From the NCBI RefSeq assembly GCF_009834535.1, contig NC_045696.1, positions 111,230,001-111,294,000 on the forward strand: 64,000 nt of DNA, given 5' to 3'. Both the position numbers and the translations under genes were made by a program. The stretch comes from Camelus ferus. Its lineage: Eukaryota. The notes beneath the pieces are model-generated. The model did no database searches. It was not told the DNA's origin and saw only the letters and a list, made by a program, of their open reading frames with translations. Shown one piece after another: positions 13,076 to 25,274 of this stretch (its first letter is position 1; each line of letters starts with the position of its first letter).

Positions 13076-13192
13076 TCTCCACACCCTGCCTCCCAGGGTA
13101 GAAATCATCCCCAACCATCTGGCAATGTCATTATCAGAAGTAACACGAATCTAAACCAACAAAACTCTTACCTCTTCATTATGGGAGCATAG

Positions 13193-13308
<116 letters not shown>

Positions 13309-14083
13309 AGGTTTTGTAACCAACAACTCAGATTTAAGCCCCAGCACTTTGCATTAAGCAGTTCTATGATCTTAGAAAAAGCGCGTACCTTCCCTGAACC
13401 TCAGTGTTCAGAACGGTAAGATGGGCTAAGAAAGCATACCTTGCAGGGGGAGTGTGAGCAGAAAAGAGACGATATGCAGGGAAACACACTGCTATCTTAA
13501 AGCAGTGAGCTTTTAGACTACACGAGAGATCACAGTGTCATTTTAGAATCTCAGGAAAATACAATCAGCTTCTACCACCGTGACCCCTGAGGGGTCCAGT
13601 TGGGATGCTTCACAAACACTATTCTGTGCATTCCTCTACCTCGTTCCTCCACAAGTCCAGGGCAGAAGAGAAGTGCTTCAGGCACTGCTGACTCCAGCCT
13701 CCGGCAAGGTCTCTGATCTCCTTTGTGTCCCTCTGTGTCCTAGCAAATGTTAGAGACAGAGACAGAGACACAGCCAGGTGCACGGACATTTAAACGTGCC
13801 CTGAGCCAATCGCACACATCCAAAAATATCCCACGCCACTGCCTCCCTGGTATGGTTAGTTACTGTTGGTGATTCTGTGGCCCTGAGAAAGTTACTTAAA
13901 ATACTGTATACGAGCTGGATGTCTGGCACATGATACACACTCAATAAATATTGCTTAGCTAGTAGCATATTGTAACTGTAAACCACTGTTGGCATAGCGT
14001 TTACTGCCCTACAGGGCAGTCCTATCATTCCTTCTCACGGGGGTCTCAGCCCCACCAGCTGCGTCTTCCATGGGGGCAGAGCA

Positions 14084-14228
14084 GGGGCGGGGGTCTGCCT
14101 TAGAGTAGATGAAGAATATAAAAAGCCCAGAAAGGCCAGCTGTCCTAGTGGACAGGAGTTGGGGGAAGGGGAGCGGGGCAGGAGAAATACTTCGAGAAGA
14201 AGAACGCAGAAGTCGTTGCTGGGTAAGG
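14084..14228 (+). promoter_or_regulatory. Candidate Pol II core promoter (GC box + TATA) with a short first exon and splice donor
   Basis: GGGGCGGGGG at 14084-14093, TATAAAAAG at 14117-14125, TGG|GTAAGG donor at 14222/14223, and locally raised CpG. Motif evidence only. Confidence 0.3.
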
Positions 14229-14348
14229 CGTGGCCAGAACCCCCACTCCAGGAGGGACCGGGTGCCCCAGGATGAGGTGGTTCTCAGCGTGGCTGGAGAC
14301 CACCACGTGGGTGGCGAGGTGACCAGCGTGGACTATGACCCCCGGGGT

Positions 14349-14845
14349 CAGTGTTTTCTGAGCTTCAGTCAGTTTCACCTTCACAATCTTTGCCAGATCC
14401 GAGTGATGCAATATCTCTTACTCAAACTCTTATCTCATATTTTCTTTAAATTGATTTGCTTTTATTAACTTGAAAAAAAACTTACTTTATAAAAGAGCTT
14501 TATTATTGTTGTAAGTAATAACCCGTATCTTTTGCCCTAAATATAACGGGGGAACAAGTAGAGTGAACACAAAGCACTTTAGTAAACCCTTGCTGGATAC
14601 TTTTGCCTGCAAAGGCTCTGAGCCCACTGTCTCTTGGCTAAAAAGGGAAATCAGTAGGTTTTAGAAGAGTGTGAAAGCCATCAGGCACATATGGCAAACT
14701 TTTCGCTTAGAAGGATGGAAATGAAGCTGGAAAGGGAACGGGCTTGGTGATGTAGAATCTTGCGAGGTGACGCTGTCACCACGAGGGTCTAAAAGGATCC
14801 TCAGAGCTGCTGGTGGCAAGGGTCTCACAATTAGGGGAACTTTTT
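14349..14845. mobile_element. hAT-Charlie-like DNA transposon relic
   Basis: The start cagtgttttctgagcttcagtca...ccttcacaatctttgccagatcc resembles Charlie termini; the end is uncertain. Confidence 0.4.
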
Positions 14846-16237
14846 GAGATTGATAGGAACCTCTTTTAAGCGTTTGAGGGAGGAGCAATTACCTTTTTAG
14901 AGCATCTTTCTGGCTATATTGTGAGGTGTGGGTTCATGGGGACTGGGACTGGTGGCCAGGAGATCAGGTAGAAGACTGCCCCAGCCCAGGGGAGAGGCGA
15001 TGCAGGCTGCCTGAGAAGTGCCGTGAAGCTGGGGAGGAGGGAAGCCATTGATGGAACGTAGATCGTGCTTGGTGACTGACGGCGCAGAGAAAGCAGCTCA
15101 GGTGCCTTCCAAAGGTCCAGCTTGGGTGAGAAGGAAAATGATGGCCCCACAGTGACAGAGAGAAATCTCTGTCTGCAGGTGATGTTTCCACTGCTCTTTT
15201 CTGAATATGTCTATCTTCTCCCAGGCTCTCAGCCTCTTCCTCTGACTTTCAGGTGCCCTGACCTTAAAGATGTCCCCAGTCAGACCTGGCTAAGAGATTG
15301 ACAGTCCAAACCCCTCCGTCAGCCCAGGACTACCTCACACTTCACTCTACATCTCACTCTCCCCGCTTCACGACTACTGAACAGTTGAAAATCAGTTAAA
15401 GGGACAATTAAGCACAGGAAGAAAAGGACCTTCAAAATTCACCCAGAGAATGCTGGGAATCCAGGTGTGGATTTTAAAAACATAGCAATTTTCTTTTTCT
15501 AGCTCGTAGCTAAGGGGCGTAGACAAAGAGGCTGAGGGTATGCCTTTGCATCTCAGACAATTTCTCACTGCTGCTGGAGGAACAACTTCCTTGGCCCCAG
15601 GCTGCCTTACATCATTGCTACTTCAGACAGAAGTCTTTAATTGCTACAGAGGAATTCCTGTCCTTTCCCCAAGGGACCAGTGGTCTTCAGAGCAATTTGC
15701 TATCCTGGAGATGACACCATCCATCTCATTCTCTCTGATCCAAATGAAAATAACAGCTGGCAGTCACAGCAGAACGTGGCTAATGAACTAGCTCATGCTA
15801 TGGTGTAAATGACTATGAATAGGTTTAACTGTCTAACATTCAGCAACAAATTAATGCAGAGGAACGAATATCTTAGGGGGAGTTTCAGATCCATGGAGGC
15901 TTTACTTTGAAGTGGAAAATACATCTTTTCCTTTCTGTGGGGCCAGCCTAAGTCAACAGAAACCAAGGCAAAAAAAAAAAAAAAATCCATTGATTGGCTA
16001 AGAGTGGTCTGTAAAAGACACTCCCCAACGTGTATTTTCAAGTCCAGGCATAGGAGTCATCTAAGTTCTGAAACAAAACCTCCTATTTCTAAGAATGATC
16101 ACAACTGTTTCAAAGTGACTACTCCTCATTTGGTGGTGGTTTACATCGAAAACACACTAAAGGTAGTTACAGAAATGCACAAAAGCCCCCTGTGAAAGAT
16201 CAAAGTGTTTCCATGTAACTTTGTCAGTGATGGACTA

Positions 16238-16247
16238 GTGACGTCAC
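16238..16247. promoter_or_regulatory. Full palindromic CRE (GTGACGTCAC)
   Basis: TGACGTCA at 16239-16246 in non-repeat DNA; function is not shown. Confidence 0.3.
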
Positions 16248-16862
16248 CTGACATATTAGATGGAAATTCAGTATCTTATCTGAATAGGAAACACAGAAAG
16301 GACCACAGGAGGAAGCGACAAACATTCCAGGGATTACAGGGGACTTAGGACGGCGTTCACTATTTTGAGAAAGTCCTGGTTTCTCTTTCCCTCATTTTAA
16401 AGGTCTCAGTGTCCTTGAATTTGTCCTTGTTGACAGATTTCCTCCTTGAACCTTTCCCACTTGTTGATTCAATTTTGAACCTTTCTTACTTGAAAAGATT
16501 GAAAAGGATGTTTGTAATTAGGTTTAAATTACTTCCTAGCTCTGAGTTGGGAGGTCAGTAGGTGTTGCAAATTGTGGCCACTCAGAATCCAATGTCAGCC
16601 AACAGGTCTGTTTCCTTTAACTTTCGGAAGGGGAATAGCTTAAACGTACAGCTGTTTTACAGTCCATTCTAAGGGAAAATAAAATTTAATGATATGGGCT
16701 ACAGAACATATTCTTTCTCCAACAAGTCATATGTTTCTGGCCCAGAATTACCTTCTTTGACATAGTATTGACATAGTACTTGGTTTATTCAGTCAAACCT
16801 TGGACTCCTAAGACAGAAAGGGACTTAAACGTATATTTACCCCGTGCTATTACATCGGAAAA

Positions 16863-17044
16863 TGATGGTTTCCAGCTCTGAATGTTCATCAAAATTCCCT
16901 GGGGAGCTTTTTTAAAAAAAATACACATGCCTGAGTCCCACCCTCAAGCTAAAATCTGTGGTTGTCTGGGCCCACGTACCAGTCCCTTTGAAAGCGTCCC
17001 TCCACTCTGTGACCGTGATGAACAGCCAGAGTTCGGAATCACTG
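16863..17044. mobile_element. MER5A-like MITE
   Basis: catcaaaattccctggggagcttttttaaaa...atgcctgagtcccaccc...gttcggaatcactg. Confidence 0.65.
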
Positions 17045-17705
17045 ATCTGGAAATCAAACTTACTTCTACCATTGATACCCTGCTTCTAAGTGGTCAAATT
17101 CAAGCAACACTTGACTCATATAAGAGATTTAACTTATAAAATGAGGCCTGATGCAGTATTTAATTTGTTTTCTTCTTTCCATATACAGAATTGATTTTTC
17201 CATTTCTTCTATAGTCAGGAGAAAAGAGCTTGACTAAGCGAGGCTGAGATTTCGGTTGAGTGGGGAGAGAGGAGTGTACGCAAGGTCTTCTCCACCAGCC
17301 ACTTCTTGGAGAGGACAGACAGTTTCCTTCTCTTCTTCAAGGTTCCACCAGCGACAATCCCATTAAGCCAACTGGGGTCTGAGCAGAGACTATGGAGCTA
17401 GCCCGCTGCATCCTGTGCAGCCTGGACTTGGTGCCCGCTGGCTGCCACACCCCCGACCTGGGCAATGATATATTTTTGCCCGGGGAGTGGGCTACCAGGG
17501 TCCCTCTCAGCCTACGAGCCCTGAGGCAATGCTTCAGTTATAATAGTTACAAAGGCCGACACAAGAAGTTAGTGACTATAATTTGTATAAATTAAAACTT
17601 AATCTACAGCCTAAGATATTGGTATAATACATTGGTTTATTGACCTCTACACTATGTACTCCCTTCTTTCAAAAATGAGAATTTAACATTTAAACTTACT
17701 GAGTC

Positions 17706-18760
17706 TGGACCCAAGCAGAACCTTGCAAGTCTCCCCCCAACCCCAGTACAAAACCAGATTGTTCATGATTAGGACAATAGAGTCAGACTCGGTGTCTGAT
17801 GCATATTACTGAATTATTTTTACAGATGTTACAACTGTCCCCAGAGGAAAAAGGCTAACTGTATCAGGTGACCAGTCTGCAACCATGACATAAGCTGCTC
17901 CATCTTGAGCAGCACTGAATCTATGTTTAGCACAATTCCAAGGACTGGCCTTAAGAGGATGGGATGAACACTATTGCTTATCATAATCCGTGTCTTTGTG
18001 GGCATCAAAATAGTCGTGGCTTGCTCTGCCTGTATATGTAAGTGGGCAACTAAAATTGTCAGCAAAGAGATGCTACAGACGCATGTCAACATCTTCCACT
18101 CTGAGAACATGGCGCCCTATGTCAGAATGAAGAAGTTACAGAAGATGGGTCTTTGCCCCTCATCCCATAGAAATGGAATGGTGTTTGACAGTGGGGTATT
18201 GAAAGCAGCTCTTTGCCCCTTTCCTGTTTGCCCATTTCTGTCCCCCTCCAACCTTAAAAGAACCTAATTATAGGAATGAGATCACTAAGCAATCGAAACT
18301 AACTCCTGACTTATGTCTCCTGATGCACGCCATACCTTGTTTGACCTGCTGATTCTTTACCAAGATTAGAAGGAGTAAGAATGAAGAATGAAGTAGCTAA
18401 ACAATGACTAGCTCTTTATGCTCAACAGCTCCCTTAGCAATCCTGCAGGCAGATCACGGGGACAAGATGGCATCTGAAGAGAGAGTCAGCCAGTATGCAT
18501 GCAGTGGAGGTGATGCAGAGCCCAAACTCCTGCCTCGATGATTTGCTGAGATTCTCCCCCCTCCCCTCTCCTGGGCATTATTCCCTTTAAAAACTGTCAC
18601 GGCTGAGCAGAATCTTCGGAGCTGGTCTCTGGACGTAAGTCTACCTTCTCCCCAGATTGCTGGCTTTTCTGATTAAAGCACCTCTCCTTTCTATTGACAC
18701 TTGCCTCTCGATTATTGGCTTTTGAGTGATGGCGAACAGCCGAACCTGATTTCAGTAACA
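17706..18760 (+). mobile_element. ERV1-class solo-LTR-like element carrying a decayed coding-like cassette
   Basis: TG...CA termini, perfect 4-bp TSD AGTC (17702-17705 / 18761-18764), TTTAAAA at 18586 and ATTAAA at 18672; homologous to 62154-63290. Confidence 0.88.
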
Positions 18761-20277
18761 AGTCAATGAATAACTGTGGAATTTCTACTATGTGCAACAC
18801 AGACAATTTAGTTAACAGACTTCAGAGAACATCTATTTTGTGCGCCTGTGGGAACTACTACAAAAACTGAGTTGAAAGAGCTGTGATCTCTGGGACTTTG
18901 GACAAATACAGAGAGTACACGTAACAGGATAAGAAGAATAGGGTTGACCAAAATAGGAGCTTATTAGGAAGAGTTCTGAGAATCCAACAAACAAAATTAC
19001 ACTTGGTAAAGGGAGTCACTGGGAGACTGGTTCAGAGGAATGCCTGACGGTGCTGGGAGCAGCGTACAAGCAGAGAAAGGGGCTGGGCGGAGTGGCCTGA
19101 GATGCAGTTGAGTAACTCAAGCAGATGTCATTGCATGACTGTGCGGCAATGGAATCCCATTTTGGATGGAAAAAATTATAAGAATTAGTCTTTGGGGATG
19201 GAGAACGATGAAGAAGAATGAGTCAGAGAAGATGCAAAATATCTGGAGTAAATGAGGCTATAGACATAGGACAGTGATGTTTCAAAGAAACCCCAAAATT
19301 TACTTCTGAAGACATTGAGTTTGAGGCCATTCTAGGGCATCCAAATAAAAATTCCCAGTTCATAGCTGAAGAAAAGAGGTTACAGTCTGAATAAAAGAGA
19401 TCCTGAATTTTAGATTAAGAAAACATCAAAGTGATGGAGGTGATCGGGTCTCTACAACTGAGAACCCAAGAAAAGGGGTACAGAGGGCTGCAGGGTCTGG
19501 GGCAGCCTCAAAGGGGAAACAGTCAGCAGGAAGTTGTTGCCTACATAATTTTATTGAGATTGAAATCTCAGACTTTTGCCCAAAGCAACTCCATTTTATG
19601 CCATCAGTTCAAAATCTTCCACACGGAATGAAATTCCTTTTGCACATTTTTCTATGTTGACCAATTAGCTCTAACAAGACATTTTGTCAGACATTAAAAA
19701 AATGTATACAAAAAAGGGAGAGACAGTTACCTTTGAAAACTGTGACCTTTCATTTTTTATTCACCTTTTTTTTTAGCAGATAAGGTTAACCTCATTGTTA
19801 TTTAAACTGTATTACTAATTCATTGAATTCACCGGGAAAATCTTGAAACAGTAGTACTAAGAATTTTAAGCATCTTATTTATTTTTAATCAACCAATTAT
19901 TATTTTTTTTCCTCCAATTGCCAATCAACCATAGTTCCTTTCTACTTCAGATTATGAAATATGGAGCAATCCAGGAATACTTAGCAGATAATCTATATGT
20001 AATGGGATTAAAACAGGAAATTATATAAAATAATAATTATCTCTCTTTGAGATGCTGAGATATATACCAAACCTATCTGGGTTAATTTTACCTCATCTGT
20101 AAAATGGGCCTGATAAGAACTGTCTTGCTCATTTAAAAGGTTTCTTTGAAGGCTGATCTTAAAAAAGGGAGTAACGTATGAAAAAACTTTCTAAGCCATG
20201 AAGCTTACGGGCATGAAGGTTATCACTGTCCTCAGCGTTAAGATTACAAGATGCTCCTCTCAGCATAATGATGAGGT

Positions 20278-20925
20278 TGACAAAGGGGAGCTTTTCGGTG
20301 GGCAGGCCACCAAGCTACTCTTGCCGCCAGTGACTGGGTTCTTATCTTGTGGCAGAAAGAGTTCAGAGATGAGACATGGAGGTTAAGAAAGTAAAGTGGG
20401 ATTTATTAAGGGATGCATGGGACACTCAAGGGGAGAGCGGGCAGGCTCAGGTGAGCGGCTGCGCTGAGTTTCTTTGGCAAGTTGGCTACATTGGGTGTAA
20501 AATGAATGGGCAGAATATGCATTGGGGAGGGAAGGGTTTGGGGTCGTATTTTCATCCCAACTCCACTTTTCTGAAAGGAGGAGGGATTTTTGTCCTGGAT
20601 AACAAGTGTCATGGCCTCGGTGCATAATACTTCTAATCTGCAAGGTTAATTTTATTGAAATGAGCAAAAGTTTACATTTGGACACTGGAGATTCCTGCCT
20701 TTTCCTATCTTTCACTGTGGATTTCCAAGCCACTTGTCACCCCAAAATGTGTGATCATTTATCTGCCCAGAGTTTCCCGCTTTTGTCTGCCCAGGAACCC
20801 TTGTTTTTTACATGATGTATGGTCTCCTGTATTAGGCGTGTGTCTCTCCTTTTTGTCCAGTTCCTGCCATTTGGCCTGTGCCCCACTTTCTCTGCTTACA
20901 TCTGGCTATCTGCCTGCTCTTAACA
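20278..20925 (-). mobile_element. ERV-type LTR
   Basis: TG...CA-type ends, minus-strand polyA signal (tttatt near 20403), LTR-like composition; no TSD found. Confidence 0.6.
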
Positions 20926-20974
20926 TTCTGCAGGATGTGGAATGTGGGTGTATCTGAGATTCTCTTACTTTGAG

Positions 20975-21255
20975 TATCCCACAAAAGGAGGCTCTAAGGC
21001 AAGTGGCTTGCTCACCTTGTTTATTGGGAAAGCACTTTGAGGGAGTGGGAAAGGCCGATCGGGGGCAAGAAGGGCAATGAAGGGGGCACATATGAGCTGA
21101 CGCCACCGTAGACTTTCTCTGCAGGGCTGCGCACAGCACTCCTGGGAATGTCCCCCTGCAGGGGGAGGAAGCTGGATACTTAGCCACCACCTCCCGTCTC
21201 ACCCGGAAGGGTTGCTCCTGCGGCCTTAACTCCTGGCACTTCTAGGCTGTGACAT
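20975..21255 (-). mobile_element. LTR33/LTR16-like ERVL LTR relic
   Basis: gtttattgggaaag...gagggagtgggaa...gggttgctcctgcggccttaactcctggcacttc. Confidence 0.55.
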
Positions 21256-21263
21256 GCTGGAGC

Positions 21264-21696
21264 TGAAATAAACCAGAATATGTAACTCCAAAATATACTT
21301 CTTTGATGTAAAAATTATTTTGAGTTGGAAGCAACTCATAAGCAGCAAAAGCAGGGACAGCTCTCTCTACCCGAGGAATCTACAAACAAAGCATACTCCA
21401 TTCACTTCCCCCCATACACTTACCTTCCCGCAGTTTGCCCGCCTGGGAAGCCAAAACCATGTTCCATCGTCCAGGTCTTTCTCTGCAGGTGTGGTGTTCT
21501 CTCTTGAACATGCTATAAAACCCGGAGTTCTACGCCGCCTCTTTGCCTTGCTCATCTCTGGGCAGTCCTGTGCACTACGTGTGTGAAACACGTGTTAATA
21601 AACTAGTTTGCTTTTCTCTTGTTAATCTGCCTTTTGTTACAGTGACCTCAGTTGTGACCCTAAGATGGGTAGAGGAAAATTGTTCCCTCCCCTACA
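21264..21696 (+). mobile_element. MER34-like ERV1 solo LTR
   Basis: TG...CA termini, perfect TSD GAGC (21260-21263 / 21697-21700), TATAAAA at 21514 and AATAAA at 21597. Confidence 0.88.
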
Positions 21697-21706
21697 GAGC
21701 TAACTG

Positions 21707-22194
21707 TGAAACAGAGCAGGACCCTTTGGGGCCTCCTGGGTGAAAAAGCCCCTCTGTGTCCCCCATTTCTTGTTGTAGGAAAAAGGCTTTAGTCTCCTAA
21801 GCTTCCCCGTGGTTCCAAAGAGCAGATTCAAGCGGCCACTAATTAGGGAAGGGAGAAATCAAAGCAGCAAAGGAAGAGCAAACCCAAAAGGTCTTGAAGC
21901 AGCGTGGGCCAACCAGGAATTGAAATTCTTAAATAATTATGAAATAATAAAAGCCTCAACCATTGCTTTTGCTCTCTCTTAAAATGAAGTTAAGGGATCA
22001 CAGAGACTCCCCTTTCTTCTCTCTCCCCTTGTGCCTTGGCCAGCCAGCGAGATGGATTTGAGAGGAGTCTGAGTCTCCCGTCTTCCAGGTTCACACTTCC
22101 TCTCCTAATAAACCTCTCTCTGCTCCAAACTCTGACATTTCAGTTTGTTTGGTCTCACTATGCGTCAGGATCATGAATTTGGCATTTGGTAACA
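21707..22194 (+). mobile_element. ERV1-class solo LTR
   Basis: TGAAACAGAGCAGG...TTTGGTAACA with AATAAA near 22107; shares the 5' module with the LTRs at 5758 and 63290. Confidence 0.75.
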
Positions 22195-22205
22195 AGCTCC
22201 CCTAC

Positions 22206-22632
22206 TGTTGCCAGAGATTAGGTTCTTGAAGATACACACTCCATAGCCAGAGTGCGGGCTGTCTCAGAAGGCAAGAGAGGTGGCCCCAGGGAATGGGGCT
22301 GTTAGTTTTTATGGGCTGAGTTTCATATGCTAATGAATGGGAGGATTGTTCTAATTATTTGGGGGAAGGGGTGGGGATTTCCAGAAACTCGGCCCATGCC
22401 CACCTTTTGGCCTTTTATGATCAGTCCTGAAACTGTTCTGTCATCTGTGGGAGTGTCATTTAGCAGCTGATGTATTACAGTGAATTTACAATGAGGTTCA
22501 AGGTCCACTGGGAGTTGAATCTTCCGCCATCTTGGGCTGATTTGGTTCTAACTCGTATATGTTTACGTCATATCCTCAATTGCTATGTCATTCTTTTAAT
22601 AATTGTGCCCTGCTCCCTGCCATCCTGTCTCT
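22206..22632 (-). mobile_element. ERV1-class LTR (MER41-like)
   Basis: tgttgccaga...ccgccatcttgggc...cctgtctc; same family as 46110-46363. Confidence 0.7.
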
Positions 22633-22729
22633 GTGTCTTCAATTTTTCCAGCTATAAACCCAAACAACAGTAGCTGCTATCTCACAGAATATTAAGTAAA
22701 TTATTTTGCACCTTTCTGATGGCATATAC

Positions 22730-22990
22730 AATAACCAATGTTATTCAATAATATTAAATGTCCTGGGGAAAGGCTCATGCTATAGAGTTAAATGAACATA
22801 GGAAGCCACATTGATTTGCAGTATGAGTCCAATTTTGTAAAGTACATATATTTTATACACAAGGGCAATAATCAAGACAAAAATGCTGAAAGATTAATTT
22901 TGGGTGATGAGAAAATCATTTTGATTTATAATTTCTCCATTTTAAGGTTTTCTACAATGAGTATTATTACACTATAACTAGAAAAAGGCA
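22730..22990 (+). mobile_element. Old L1M 3'UTR relic
   Basis: ttttctacaatgagtattattac...ataactagaaaaa resembles an L1ME/MC-type 3' end. Confidence 0.5.
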
Positions 22991-25274
22991 AATTTATAAA
23001 GCCCGTTTTTCTGGGATCTTGGGAGAATAATAGATAATTGTACCAAAAAAAACTGTCTATTACAGTACATGACACAATATGTGCTCAATATACGATCATT
23101 TAAAAATCAAGAAAATGCTGCTAATAAATGTTACTAACTAAATGAGTGCTTACTATGTAGCAGACACACTGCATAGCACTATACATTTTATTTTCTTTTA
23201 ATTCTCTCACTAGTCTTATGTGGTAGGTCTTGGCCTCACCACAATTGTAGAGATGTGGCAAATCATTCAGAATAAAATTCACATCCTTTTTAAAAAAAAT
23301 TTCAGAAGGGGAACATAGTTTTAATAACTGCTTCTTCGGCGAAACAATGGTTAAGCTTAAATGTCAAAGAGCAGTCCTTCCGTGACTGTAGTCCGAGAAC
23401 AAGCTGTGCAGGGGAAATCAGATGGGTTAAGAAGCCTTCAGCTTGGACTGGGCATCTCTGAAACACAGTTATCTTTTCTAACGACAAAGGAAAGCTGGGG
23501 GTGGCGTGTCAGCCTGCAAAGACCTCAGCGCCCAGGGGCGAGAACACAACCAGAGGCTGCTCCTCGGTCAGCTCTGTCCTGGGCCACATAACAACAACAA
23601 TAAGACAGGACAGACTCATTGTGAGCCCCACCTGAGGAGCAAAGGAAGGGAGATCTGTGTTGGACAGAATGGGGCCACTTCCTTCTGTCTGTTTTGCTGG
23701 CAGTGAAGCTGAGGCCCTTACCTTGTTTTTTGTTACTGTCTTTAGTGTGTTATGTTGTCTTGAAGCAGCTAGGACTTAATTAAAATAATTGAAAGGGCCA
23801 TAGTCTGTCAAACTTTTAATTCTCCTCTAAAACCTCTCTGTTCTCTCCTAAGTGAATTTCATTATAAGAAAATCAAAGAGAAAAGTCCTGGAAATTGTCA
23901 CCATGAAAATAAATGAGGAAAGAGATGGTGGGGAGGGAGGGAGGGAAGGAAGGGGAAGGGCCCACATTAGTTTGAACTGCAGCAAAGACATCTTTTCAGC
24001 TTGATTCTTTTCAAATGACAAAGAGCTTCAGCTACTGTTTTCGTGAGCACTGAGCCTGTCTATTTTCCTGGCTCTCACCTCTCTGACTCTTGTTTCTTGT
24101 TGGCAGGAGGGGGCTGGGGAAAGATGGAGAACACCTTTTCTTACTGCTGTTTTGACTGGAGGTGGCAGGAAAGCTCATAAGTCCTTTGAACATGTGCTGT
24201 CTTTAATGTGATGGAGGCGCCTGTGTGGATGAGCCAAAGACCGTGTGTCCAAATAGAGAACAAATGTCAGGATCCAGAAGCTGTGAGTACTGACATTCCC
24301 ACTAGGGGGGTTTATATTTGTAGACTTAATCCCTTTATGGTGTTAAGAAAACTTAAAATTAGAATGGCCTATTGTATTGATTTTAACATTATTCCTAGCT
24401 TCATTTTGTGACACTTTCCTAGATATGACCTATAATTTCCCTTACTTTTTCTAATTTCTAGTCTATTGTGTTATTTTACACATTATTGTGAGCTACCTTG
24501 AGTTATTTTTTGAAGAAAATGAGGAATAAAAAAAAAAAAGTTAAAAAAAAATCAGCCATAATGAGAGGTCCACTCAATACTTGGAAAGAAGGTTGTCCTG
24601 TAGAGGTAAACATCAAGGGAGCCCATGCCATGGAGGGGACGCTGTGTCCCACGGGGTGTGGTTGTACACAGGAATATGTACCCTCAGAAGTTCAACCGAA
24701 ACAGGTAACTTGGGTACAAAACTGGGCTCAAAGATCCCAACCTGACAGTCCACCATTATTGTAGGGAAAGTTCCTAAACATAAACTGGGGTTGGGGTTGG
24801 GGGTGGTCATAAAAATTCTGGCCATTGGCCAGGGAGGTCTCTATTACAGGGTGGGAGAGGTTCATCTGACCTCACCATGGCCTGGATAAACAGCTCCACA
24901 AACATGCATTCCCTTTTGGTCTATATCAGTGCCAACCTAGCACATGTCTGATTATTTACTGAGCTCCAGGCACCTCGATGGGGATACTATCAATGGAAAG
25001 GAAAATTGCACTTTCTTAGAATAAGCTCTGTCTTTCCATAACATTATGCGTTGAGTTTCTGGCATTTCATCTATAGTCATATGTACTTAGTTAAGAGATA
25101 TTTAACACTAAACACTGATCTTGCCAGTGAACTGAGAAAGCCTAGTTTCTATATCTATATGGTTGAATCCCAGCCTTGGTTTATTAATTCATCTAGGAAA
25201 TGGTACCCTGTAAGGGTTTGAAATGGCCAGGCCACAGCCCTCCCTTGATTATAGCCTCTCTTTGGGGACTGTCT

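Noticed and set aside
14109..14468. 119-aa ORF near the candidate promoter
   Set aside because: It starts upstream of the TATA box, runs into a DNA-transposon relic, and has no recognisable homology.
24787..24806. GGGGTTGGGGTTGGGGG telomere-like or G4 motif
   Set aside because: It has only three full G-tracts and is not TTAGGG; too short to be meaningful.
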